Positions 1 to 7,214 of a stretch of 13,798 bases of DNA are shown one piece after another. How positions within the stretch are numbered: position 1 is the stretch's first letter; each line of letters starts with the position of its first letter. This DNA is from a virus. Its lineage: Duplodnaviria; Heunggongvirae; Uroviricota; Caudoviricetes. The stretch lies in the IMG/VR virus record IMGVR_UViG_3300029511_000167; one strand, 5' to 3'. The translations under genes were made by a program, and so were the position numbers. The notes beneath the pieces are model-generated. The model was not told the DNA's origin. It was given only the letters and a program-made list of their open reading frames with translations, and did not search any database.

Positions 1-488
1 CCATTTCTTAATTCAAGATTAATATTCGTTTCATTTTCCCAGAAACGATACTGACGAATATAATAAGAAAAGAAACGCTTCATTTCATTTTCATTAGCTC
101 CTGCTTCTATTGTTTTTCCTTCTTCCAGATTCATACATTTTTCTTCATACTTTTCTTTGGCCCAGATACCACTTGGAGTAAATACGCCATTTTCATCAAA
201 TTCCAATGCGCCTTTCATTCCGCTAATGATAAGAGAACCGTCTGCTTTTGCGTAATATAGCTCTCCATTCTCATCATATGTCCAACCGGATACATCCCTA
301 TTTTCTTTATCTTTTGCATACCAGGTTCCATTTCTTAATTCAAAATGCCTGCCATCTGCGGCTGCTTCTGCTTCTGCTCTGCTTTCTGCAATATCATCTG
401 CAGTTGCTGCAAAGCTGCTGACAGTTAAGGCTGCTGAAAAGAATACTGCGCATAATAAAGTTGTTGTAACGTGTTTAAGTTTTTTCAT
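1..488 (-). CDS. Secreted/cell-surface protein, partial (runs off the left edge); signal peptide followed by cell-wall-binding-repeat-like segments
   Basis: Not in the ORF track; translated by hand. AAGGAG precedes ATG 488 and the frame is open to base 1: MKKLKHVTTTLLCAVFFSAALTVSSFA-ATADD...GTWYAKDKENRDVSGWTYDENGELYYAKADGS... It has a basic N-terminus, a hydrophobic core and an SFA cleavage-like site. The WY/GW/YY..DG pattern resembles Clostridia cell-wall-binding repeats. Confidence 0.75.
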   Translation of the reverse strand, partial: MKKLKHVTTTLLCAVFFSAALTVSSFAATADDIAESRAEAEAAADGRHFELRNGTWYAKDKENRDVSGWTYDENGELYYAKADGSLIISGMKGALEFDENGVFTPSGIWAKEKYEEKCMNLEEGKTIEAGANENEMKRFFSYYIRQYRFWENETNINLELRN

Positions 489-570
489 TTTTTGCTCCTT
501 TCTTATTGGCAAGGCGATGTTTTCATCTCCTTTTTTTCTTCTTAATGAAAGTATGTTCGTTTTTTTCATT

Positions 571-600
571 AAAAAAAGACAGCTTATAGCTGTCCTTTTT
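571..600. terminator. Intrinsic terminator (probably bidirectional) downstream of the Macro gene
   Basis: A7-GACAGC-TTATA-GCTGTC-CTTTTT; gives stem plus U7 on the minus strand, 18 nt past the Macro stop. Confidence 0.8.
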
Positions 601-618
601 GTTTGAAATTTTGGGTTC

Positions 619-1170
619 CTAGCAGAATTCTTCTACGCTGTCCCAGAGTTCATCTTTTAAGTCATCTCTATAGATTTTTTCAGTCTCTGAGGTAAAGCAT
701 ACCATAGAAATAACTTCAATGTTTTTGTTTCTCTCTTCATAATCCTGCACTGCCTGCAAAAAGATTCCAGGAGCATGTTCCATTGGGAACCCAAAGGCTC
801 CGGTTCCAAGAGATGGAACGTTGACGCTGCGGCACTTAAATGCGTCTGCAAGCAGAATGCTGTTATAATAACATTCGTACAATAACATTTTCTCTTCGTC
901 TTCCGGTTCTCCTGTGTACCTGGTATTGCCACAGCAATTAGGTGCCACTGTATGAATGATATATTTGACATCTTCCATATCAAAGGCTGGCGTCACTACG
1001 GCTTTTCCTGTATCGCAGTATCCAATAGCCTGGCAGGCATCATCCAGAGCATCCCATCTGGCAGCCGCATGAATTGCTCCATCTACGCCACTGCCACCAG
1101 CCAATTCATTATTAGCCGCATTTACAACCGCATCGGCAGGTGCAGAAGCAATGTTTCCTTTCAATTGCAT
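619..1170 (-). CDS. Macro domain protein (YmdB/MacroD-like ADP-ribosyl hydrolase / O-acetyl-ADP-ribose deacetylase)
   Basis: Motifs GNI, DAVVNAAN, GGSGVDGAIH, TPAF, IIHTVAP and PSLGTGAFGFP. No SD before ATG 1170, so the start is uncertain. Confidence 0.92.
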   Translation of the reverse strand: MQLKGNIASAPADAVVNAANNELAGGSGVDGAIHAAARWDALDDACQAIGYCDTGKAVVTPAFDMEDVKYIIHTVAPNCCGNTRYTGEPEDEEKMLLYECYYNSILLADAFKCRSVNVPSLGTGAFGFPMEHAPGIFLQAVQDYEERNKNIEVISMVCFTSETEKIYRDDLKDELWDSVEEFC

Positions 1171-1193
1171 TTTTTTCGTTTTTCTGCTATAAT
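1165..1193 (+). promoter_or_regulatory. Sigma-A promoter firing antisense into micro-ORF copy 1
   Basis: TTGCAT (1165-1170), 17-nt spacer, TATAAT (1188-1193) with extended TG. Confidence 0.7.
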
Positions 1194-1194
1194 G

Positions 1195-1226
1195 AAAAAA
1201 GACGGATATGCGCGAACATACCCGTC
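1195..1226 (-). terminator. Intrinsic terminator of micro-ORF copy 1
   Basis: Minus strand GACGGGTATG-TTCGCG-CATATCCGTC-TTTTTT just after the TAG; conserved in copy 2 (2466-2497). Confidence 0.8.
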
Positions 1227-1233
1227 TGCTCTC

Positions 1234-1407
1234 CTATCTTGGAGAGTTTCCCAAATCATCATGATTCGGGTTTTGGTTTTGTTGAGAGTCTGCATCTTCG
1301 TTGATGACAGACTCTTCTTCTTTTAACAGCTCCCAAAATTCTTCTTCAGTTGCTGTTTCAATGAGTCTTTTTCGGATCTTTCCTTTAAACCCAAACTTCG
1401 TTAACAT
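1234..1407 (-). CDS. 57-aa acidic micro-protein, paralog 1
   Basis: AAAGGAG SD before ATG 1407 (MLTKFGFKGKIRKRLIETATEEEFWELLKEEE...). 39 of the first 42 residues are identical to paralog 2, with many synonymous differences. Confidence 0.85.
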   Translation of the reverse strand: MLTKFGFKGKIRKRLIETATEEEFWELLKEEESVINEDADSQQNQNPNHDDLGNSPR

Positions 1408-1552
1408 ATACGTTTCTCCTTTCATCTTTTAATACAATTTCAGTATGGAGAATTTTTTTTGCCTATAAAAAACAACATTTTTTCCTTCTTTTTTTCTTTC
1501 CATCTTTCATACTAAAAAAGAATATTCGTTTGTTCGTTAGGAGGATTTTTTT

Positions 1553-1999
1553 ATGATTTGTAAATTTTGTGAAAAAGAAATTCCAGATGAAGTTGTAGTC
1601 TGCCCGGAATGTGGGAAACCAGTTGATGAAAAGTATGAGAGAGAGAAAGAAGAGAAAGAAGGAAACGTAGAACCTACACCTGCACCGGAACCAGATCCGG
1701 CTCCAATTCCAACTCCTACTCCTGCAGATAAGCCTGAGCAAAAATCCAAAGTAATGGCCGGTATTCTGGCACTTGTTTTTGGTTCTTTAGGTGTCCATAA
1801 TTTTTATCTGGGAAAAAATACGATTGGAGCGATCCAGCTTAGTATTACCGTTGTATCTTTACTATTGTCATGTTGCACGTTTGGACTCAGCTCATTAGGC
1901 GTTGTCGCAGTGGAAATTTGGGCAATTATAGAGGGTATTATGATCTTTGCTGGAAAAATCAATAAGGATGGAAAAGGTGTTCCGTTAAAAAATGATTAG
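1553..1999 (+). CDS. Zinc-ribbon + Pro-rich linker + TM2 domain membrane protein
   Basis: AGGAGG SD; CKFC...CPECG ribbon; PTPAPEPDPAPIPTP linker; TM2 signature KSKVMAGILALVFGSLGVHNFYLG. Confidence 0.9.
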   Translation: MICKFCEKEIPDEVVVCPECGKPVDEKYEREKEEKEGNVEPTPAPEPDPAPIPTPTPADKPEQKSKVMAGILALVFGSLGVHNFYLGKNTIGAIQLSITVVSLLLSCCTFGLSSLGVVAVEIWAIIEGIMIFAGKINKDGKGVPLKND

Positions 2000-2011
2000 A
2001 AAGGAATTTTG

Positions 2012-2410
2012 ATGTTTTCTTCATTTTCAGAATCAGCTCAGTATCGCATTAACATCTGCTGCCGTGTTCTTCTGCTGCTGCTATGCTTTTTCCTTTTAAT
2101 GTATTATTCCGGAATGGTTCAGCTGGAACCGTTATTTCCGCCATGCATCTTTTATACGAAAACAGGACTTTTTTGTCCTGCATGCGGCGGAACGAGAGCA
2201 TTTTTGTATCTGATTCATGGGCAGATTTTAATGAGTCTTTCCTACCATGTTCTTCCTGTTTATGGAGCATTTTTAATTATGGCAGGAACCCTTAATTCAT
2301 TTTTAAAAAGATCTGTTTTTCTGTTTCATCCGCTGCATTTTGTAGTTATACCGCCGTTAATGCTATTAAATGCAATTCTTCATAACTTAAGTATATTGTT
2401 TTGTTTTTAA
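2012..2410 (+). CDS. DUF2752 family membrane protein
   Basis: Signature PCIFYTKTGLFCPACGGTRAF...GQ...S..YH plus hydrophobic helices. AAAGGA favours ATG 2012 over TTG 2009. Confidence 0.88.
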   Translation: MFSSFSESAQYRINICCRVLLLLLCFFLLMYYSGMVQLEPLFPPCIFYTKTGLFCPACGGTRAFLYLIHGQILMSLSYHVLPVYGAFLIMAGTLNSFLKRSVFLFHPLHFVVIPPLMLLNAILHNLSILFCF

Positions 2411-2433
2411 GAGTGGGAAACCGCTCTTTTTTT
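2409..2433 (+). terminator. Intrinsic terminator of the TM2-DUF2752 pair
   Basis: AAGAGTGG-GAAA-CCGCTCTT followed by a T run. Confidence 0.8.
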
Positions 2434-2435
2434 CA

Positions 2436-2464
2436 TTGAATTACCATCCATTTTCTGCTATAAT
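2436..2464 (+). promoter_or_regulatory. Sigma-A promoter firing antisense into micro-ORF copy 2
   Basis: TTGAAT (2436-2441), 17-nt spacer, TATAAT (2459-2464) with extended TG; same geometry as copy 1. Confidence 0.7.
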
Positions 2465-2720
2465 GAAAAAAGACGGATATGCGCTAACATACCCGTCTGT
2501 TCTCCTAATTTGGAGAGTGTCCCAAATCATTCTGATTCAGGTTTTCATTTTGAGAATCTGCATCTTCGTTGATAACAGACTCTTCTTCCTTTACCAGCTC
2601 CCAAAATTCGTCTTCGGTAGCTGTTTCAATGAGTCTTTTTTGGATTTTTCCTTTGAATCCAAATTTTGTCAACATATACTTTCTCCTTTCTTCTTGAAAT
2701 ACAATTACAGTATGGAGAAA
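2451..2720. repeat. Diverged direct repeat, copy 2
   Basis: Aligns to 1180-1452 across terminator, ORF, SD and upstream CATACT motif. Confidence 0.95.
2505..2675 (-). CDS. 56-aa acidic micro-protein, paralog 2
   Basis: AAAGGAG SD before ATG 2675 (MLTKFGFKGKIQKRLIETATEDEFWELVKEEE...). The longer 92-aa call would cross a terminator. Confidence 0.85.
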   Translation of the reverse strand: MLTKFGFKGKIQKRLIETATEDEFWELVKEEESVINEDADSQNENLNQNDLGHSPN

Positions 2721-2733
2721 TTTTGGGATGCAT

Positions 2734-2762
2734 AAAAAAAGAGCAGGCATCTGCTCTTTTTT
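2734..2762. terminator. Bidirectional intrinsic terminator
   Basis: A7-GAGCAG-GCAT-CTGCTC-T6, directly after the ASCH stop. Confidence 0.85.
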
Positions 2763-2764
2763 CA

Positions 2765-3418
2765 TTAATTCAAAACATAACACCAGGACTGAGGCGGTCC
2801 GTTTAAAGCTTCTCCTGCCATTGTTTTGAACTCTTGAATTTCCCTTGGGTTTTGGTATTTTTTAATGTTTTGAAGTTCTATGGCATAATTCCAATTCGAC
2901 TCTCCCATTTCATCATAGAATCCAATTTGTTCCGCCCAATGATCGACTTTCCAATATAACGCATCAGCCTTTAATTTCGATTGATTAAATTCTTCTGCTG
3001 AAGAAAATCGCTCTGTATAGGGATGTTCCCATGGATCTGGCACCTCATCATACTTTTTCATATAGTCCAGTGCTATCGGGTCGTAAAAATAATCTAACAC
3101 AATCGTTGGATCATAATTTGAAAGTTGAATCTGCATAGCTTTTGCCGCTGCAGCTTTTTCTGCTTCTGTACCAAATTTTTCTATAAAATACGGGAGCAGA
3201 AAATATGTGCCAATTTTAACTTTTGGAATTTCAATTATATTTTTGACTTCCGCCGATCCTACAACTTTTCCAAGACCGTGGTTCTTTTTTGTTTCATACA
3301 AGAAAACAGTATCTCCTGCCTTCATATTTTTTCCTACTTTTTTTCTGAATTCCAGGTTCTTAATCCCATCAAATATATAATCCGTATATGGTTTTCGGAT
3401 AGAAAAAATAGTATTCAT
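2765..3418 (-). CDS. ASCH/PUA-superfamily protein with a long internal insertion
   Basis: SIRKPY..IFDGIKNLEFRK, GDTVFLYET, GKVVG and C-terminal YAIEL...PPQSWCYV. AAGGAG SD supports ATG 3418. Confidence 0.8.
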   Translation of the reverse strand: MNTIFSIRKPYTDYIFDGIKNLEFRKKVGKNMKAGDTVFLYETKKNHGLGKVVGSAEVKNIIEIPKVKIGTYFLLPYFIEKFGTEAEKAAAAKAMQIQLSNYDPTIVLDYFYDPIALDYMKKYDEVPDPWEHPYTERFSSAEEFNQSKLKADALYWKVDHWAEQIGFYDEMGESNWNYAIELQNIKKYQNPREIQEFKTMAGEALNGPPQSWCYVLN

Positions 3419-3431
3419 TCGTCTCCTTCTT

Positions 3432-4031
3432 TTAACTTTCAAAATTTGCTTCGTACTCTTCCATGTCAGTTACACACTCATCGATCTGAATTTCAGAAAG
3501 CTTTCTCCAGAAATAATAGTCATTTTCCATCTCAACGCATTTGAGCCTTAGCAAGATATCATTATCCGGCAGCACATAAGCGTTTTCAATCGTCACCAGC
3601 TTTCCAATCGTGTCAACAAAAACCGACTCATCCTGAAAGCATTCTTTTTCTTCATATGGAGTAAACATTTTTTTATACTCCCAGATTCGTAAAATCTTAT
3701 TTTTTGTATCACTTAAAAAATCATTTAATTCTGTCATACTGGTTCCTTTCTGAATTAATTCACTGTTTTTTTCACATTCTTCAAAACAAGGAGCAAATGC
3801 AACGACGTACTCATCCCAGCAATTTCCATGCACTGAAAGAAATACATTATCGACAAAATCTACTTCATTTTTTTTGGGACTCCAGCCATATGTATATTTG
3901 TTTTCTGCTTTTTTCCAAACCTTATATGGATACAGTTTTTGAATAACAACTCGATTTGGAAATCTTATATCCATAATTAGACACAAATAAGGCTTTTCTC
4001 CATTTAAGACATCAAATTTTTTTCTACGCAT
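3432..4031 (-). CDS. Hypothetical protein; probably the 3' half of a frameshifted gene together with 4004-4468
   Basis: Long ORF without an SD. It overlaps the upstream ORF by 28 nt across an A7 run and shares YL..I.D / PY / YGW / E.VVAF motifs with it. Confidence 0.7.
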   Translation of the reverse strand: MRRKKFDVLNGEKPYLCLIMDIRFPNRVVIQKLYPYKVWKKAENKYTYGWSPKKNEVDFVDNVFLSVHGNCWDEYVVAFAPCFEECEKNSELIQKGTSMTELNDFLSDTKNKILRIWEYKKMFTPYEEKECFQDESVFVDTIGKLVTIENAYVLPDNDILLRLKCVEMENDYYFWRKLSEIQIDECVTDMEEYEANFES

Positions 4032-4468
4032 TCATTAGCTGGGAAGTTTTCTACAGAAGAAACTGTAAAAACATCATGAAATATGTTTTTAATGTAATTT
4101 TTTAATTCATTTAAATACTCTGCATTATTTTGCGCTATTAGAGTACAAACCAAATCATTTAATTTTTCAAACTTATGTTCCTTTTTTTTAAATGCCACGA
4201 CAAATTCGCTGTATACTGGCTTAACGCTGTTTCTTATATAGTTTCCATTGCAGTCCCAACCATAATGTTTTTCGTTTTCGGTTTTATAGATGTACGGTTT
4301 GGCAATGATAAACTCCAGTGTTTCTTTCAACGAATCATATATCATGATCAAATATTCATTCTTGGATTTGAAAATATTTGGATCAAAATCTTGGATTACA
4401 CATTCTTGTTCTGGAAAAAAATTTGAATCAATGAATCCTAACTGTTTTTTTAATTTTTGAATATTCAT
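4004..4468 (-). CDS. Hypothetical protein; probably the 5' half of the frameshifted gene
   Basis: AAAGGA SD before ATG 4468; operon position. Confidence 0.75.
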   Translation of the reverse strand: MNIQKLKKQLGFIDSNFFPEQECVIQDFDPNIFKSKNEYLIMIYDSLKETLEFIIAKPYIYKTENEKHYGWDCNGNYIRNSVKPVYSEFVVAFKKKEHKFEKLNDLVCTLIAQNNAEYLNELKNYIKNIFHDVFTVSSVENFPANECVEKNLMS

Positions 4469-4483
4469 GTTAAGTTCCTTTTT

Positions 4484-4858
4484 TCAGATATTCCAATTTA
4501 ATTTCTCTCCACAATTGCTGCAATAGTTTTCAGTAGAATCTAGGCATTCGCAGCCGCAGCGTGGACAGTCTCCCAGTATCCTGTATACGTTTCCATTGAA
4601 ATCTTTCATCTCTTTTCTATTTTTAACAGGGCTTCCTGGTTGTTGCGTATCATATAGGCTTGGAGCCGGTTCACTCCACCAAGCTTGTATCATTTTTTTA
4701 GGAATTTCGATTCCTTTTTCCATTCCAAATGAATACTTAAATGTATCTTCCTTTGAATCATATTCTCCTGAAATAATCGAGTTTGTATTTTCCATTTGAA
4801 TTTTCAGCCAGTATATACCATTCTTTGGCTTCATATTATTAGCAACATCAATCCACAT
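4484..4858 (-). CDS. Phage-like protein: DUF551-like N-terminus and C-terminal zinc ribbon
   Basis: AAAGGA SD fits ATG 4858 (MWIDV...P.NGIYWL); C-terminal CPRCG...NYCSNCGEKLNW. The DUF551 resemblance is by eye only. Confidence 0.7.
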   Translation of the reverse strand: MWIDVANNMKPKNGIYWLKIQMENTNSIISGEYDSKEDTFKYSFGMEKGIEIPKKMIQAWWSEPAPSLYDTQQPGSPVKNRKEMKDFNGNVYRILGDCPRCGCECLDSTENYCSNCGEKLNWNI

Positions 4859-5726
4859 ATACATTCCTTTCGCATAAAAAGACATGCCTTTCAATATAGT
4901 TCCAGTTTTCAACACTGAAAATTGGAATATTCTTATCAACAATCCACCGATCGTGTACCGTAATACTGGTTCCAATTACACTTCCATCCTTTGCAAAATT
5001 GGGTTCTTTCGTCAACTCATGTCCAGTGCTTTTTATTACGCAGCTGCCACGCTTCTGCTCTGCTGGAAAATCATTCCAATTGATTCCTTTTTGAAGCATC
5101 AACATATCCTGAATTTCAGAATTTGATTTATGCTCCATCTCTTTATGAGAAAAGTAAGCACGGCCTACCATCTGAACGCTGTTTCGGCTGGCATCCTGCT
5201 GCCTCCAGAAGAAATAGTTGACAACATCTTCCCGTGGAATATTGAAACATCTGGCATCAAACATAGCTTTGTCAAATTTGCTCTCATATAAATCATACCA
5301 TTTTCTCCCTTCTTCATAAGTCATGAGCACTTTTGTATTGTAGTATAAATTTTCTACATTTTCCTGAAAGGACTTGTTAAATGCCATCGTTGCCATACTG
5401 GCAGCCACCGAACAAACTTTCTGCACTTCATAGTCAAACCATGCGGCTGTCTTAATATCCTTATAATCAATCAGGAGTAGGGAAATCTCATCTGACTGAG
5501 TATAACCAAGCATACATCCCTGGATATTCTGGCAAAGATACTTCGTAGTGTCTTGCATAGTTTTCATTAATACATCATCAAAAGGCTTTTTCATTCCTTT
5601 TGTAAATGTATGAAATGCCCTTCCATCAACACGGATGATCACTGGGCATCGTCTCATTAATTTTGTTTTAGGTACTTCCTCATAGTAGGTTTTCATGCGA
5701 CTTCCTAGACTGTTTTGTTCTTTCAT
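4848..5726 (-). CDS. thg1: tRNA(His) guanylyltransferase Thg1-like protein (3'-5' RNA polymerase family)
   Basis: RMK.YE, IIRVDGRAFHTFT, KPFD, GYTQSDEISL, FDAR, YFFWRQQDASRNS and GINWND motifs; AAGGAG SD. Confidence 0.95.
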   Translation of the reverse strand: MKEQNSLGSRMKTYYEEVPKTKLMRRCPVIIRVDGRAFHTFTKGMKKPFDDVLMKTMQDTTKYLCQNIQGCMLGYTQSDEISLLLIDYKDIKTAAWFDYEVQKVCSVAASMATMAFNKSFQENVENLYYNTKVLMTYEEGRKWYDLYESKFDKAMFDARCFNIPREDVVNYFFWRQQDASRNSVQMVGRAYFSHKEMEHKSNSEIQDMLMLQKGINWNDFPAEQKRGSCVIKSTGHELTKEPNFAKDGSVIGTSITVHDRWIVDKNIPIFSVENWNYIERHVFLCERNVYVD

Positions 5727-5776
5727 GTTTTTTCTCCTTTTTTCATTCTTTTTTTTAGTATGTATTTTTTTGACAT

Positions 5777-5802
5777 AAAAAAAGAGAGATTTCTCTCTCT
5801 TT
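5777..5802 (-). terminator. Intrinsic terminator after the CpXC gene
   Basis: Minus strand AAAGAGAGA-GAAA-TCTCTCTTT followed by further Ts. Confidence 0.7.
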
Positions 5803-6387
5803 CTATGTCATGGATTCAATATAGGCCCGGTCAACTTTCACAAAAACCAGCTTTTCCTGTAAATCCTTCTTATCAAATAGATCATAGGCTTCCTGATACA
5901 TTTCTTTTGGAACAGAAATGACATTAATAGGATTCTCTTCATCCACAAATTCAAGTTTGTCTGACTTTAAGCTCAAAAACAAGAGTCCTGATTTTAACTG
6001 CAAAATATTTGATACAATGTATTTGGTTGTTTCCACTATCAGATCATTTAATCCGGAATCAAAAATCGCAATCTTTTCAGCCAGATGTGCCATATCATCC
6101 ACGATCCGAAACCGATAACCTTCTGGAGCGTATTTTTCCAGAAAATCATTGCCATAATTGCATTGAAGTCCAATCATACACTTTGAATTCATATCGTGGT
6201 ATAAAAATGGATATACGAAATAGTTTTTTCTTCCACAAAAAGGACAATCGTTTCTGCCAAATTCTCCATTTAATATATTTCTTTTTTCTTCCCTATTAAG
6301 ATCTCCTGTGATGCTGTCCCACATCTGAATTTCATATTCTTTTTTGCAATCTGGACAATGTACTTTTTTCATATGATTTCTCGACAT
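5803..6387 (-). CDS. CpXC domain protein
   Basis: CPDC...WDSI...ILNGE...CPFCG...YPFLYHD and later R.V....L.EKI.IFD.GLND. GGAGGTG SD before ATG 6387; the TTG 6447 of the ORF track is the -35 box. Confidence 0.88.
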   Translation of the reverse strand: MSRNHMKKVHCPDCKKEYEIQMWDSITGDLNREEKRNILNGEFGRNDCPFCGRKNYFVYPFLYHDMNSKCMIGLQCNYGNDFLEKYAPEGYRFRIVDDMAHLAEKIAIFDSGLNDLIVETTKYIVSNILQLKSGLLFLSLKSDKLEFVDEENPINVISVPKEMYQEAYDLFDKKDLQEKLVFVKVDRAYIESMT

Positions 6388-6399
6388 CTCAACACCTCC

Positions 6400-6469
6400 A
6401 AACATATGTTCTGATTTAATTATACCATACAGCGGCAGCTTTTTCAATACCTTTTTAGAACATACGTTC
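6400..6469 (-). promoter_or_regulatory. Sigma-A promoter of the CpXC gene flanked by two Firmicute LexA (SOS/Cheo) boxes
   Basis: TTGAAA (6447-6442), 17 nt, TG-N-TATAAT (6424-6419). GAAC-N4-GTTC at 6458-6469 and GAAC-ATAT-GTTT at 6411-6400. Confidence 0.8.
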
Positions 6470-6479
6470 TTTCGACTGT

Positions 6480-6506
6480 AAAAAGAAAGACGGCAATGCC
6501 GCCTTT
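6480..6506 (-). terminator. Intrinsic terminator after tdk
   Basis: Minus strand AAAGGCGGC-ATT-GCCGTCTTT-CTTTTT. Confidence 0.75.
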
Positions 6507-6513
6507 CTATAGA

Positions 6514-7092
6514 CTATTTTAATTCTCCCTGCATGAAATGTTTTCTACACAAAGAAACGTATGATTCATTTCCACCCATTTCTATCAGCTCACCAGTTTT
6601 TACAACTTTTCTATTTTTTATTCTTGCGTTAAAGTGCGCTTTTTTTCCGCACCAGCAAATAGTTGGAATTTCTTCAATTACATCTGCAATCTCCATCAGG
6701 CGCTTTGATCCTTCAAACAAGTGTCCTGTAAAATCAGTCCGAAGTCCATAGCAAATAACGGTGATCTGGCATTCATCTACAATTCTTGCCAAATTATCAA
6801 TATCTTCTGTTTTTAAAAACTGTGATTCATCGACAATGATAACATCATATTCTTTTAGCATATTCTTTGGGATTGTAGCACAGCGTAATCTCCCAAAAAA
6901 GCTTTCGATTGTTTCACACTCAGCACTTAACCCAATTCTTGAAACTATTTTTGTTTCTCCATCCCTGTTTTCAATTGCTGGTTTTAATAAGAGAGGGTTT
7001 TTCCCTTTTTCCAGGTAGTTATACCGCACCATTAAAGCGTTCGCTGTTTTTGAACTTCCCATTGCTCCGTATCTAAAGTATAATTTTGCCAT
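6514..7092 (-). CDS. tdk: Thymidine kinase (TK1-like, bacterial type)
   Basis: LYFRYGAMGSSKT P-loop, SRIG, IIVDESQF, CYGLRTDF.G.LFEGS, zinc ligands CWC and CRKH, and GGNESY. Confidence 0.97.
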   Translation of the reverse strand: MAKLYFRYGAMGSSKTANALMVRYNYLEKGKNPLLLKPAIENRDGETKIVSRIGLSAECETIESFFGRLRCATIPKNMLKEYDVIIVDESQFLKTEDIDNLARIVDECQITVICYGLRTDFTGHLFEGSKRLMEIADVIEEIPTICWCGKKAHFNARIKNRKVVKTGELIEMGGNESYVSLCRKHFMQGELK

Positions 7093-7214
7093 ATTATTTT
7101 CCCTTTCTTTTTATAAGTAACCAGCCGTAAAACCACATACCTTTAGGTGTGTGGATACACGGCGGCCATAAATACTCTGCCTAACGGCAGGTGGTGCCGT
7201 ACTACGTTGCACTG

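Larger units (their letters stand above)
1180..1452. repeat. Diverged direct repeat, copy 1 (about 270 bp; partner 2451-2720)
   Basis: Colinear alignment from TTTTCTGCTATAATGAAAAAAGACGG to CAGTATGGAGAA, with one 3-nt indel in the ORF. Confidence 0.95.

Noticed and set aside
547..558. GAAC-ATAC-TTTC on the minus strand as a third LexA box
   Set aside because: It has a mismatch at a key GTT position and is better explained by the overlapping CATACT motif.
1192..1326. Plus-strand hydrophobic peptide MKKDGY...RLFFF shared by ORFs 952-1326 and 2436-2735, as a possible type I toxin
   Set aside because: Its ATG overlaps the -10 box, it has no SD, and the stop is not conserved between copies. The synonymous pattern supports the minus-strand ORF instead.
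7115..7214. Structured left-end region as a riboswitch, tRNA or group I intron (IStron)
   Set aside because: No cloverleaf, known aptamer or intron core is visible, and the main hairpin is explained by an IS200/IS605 left end.
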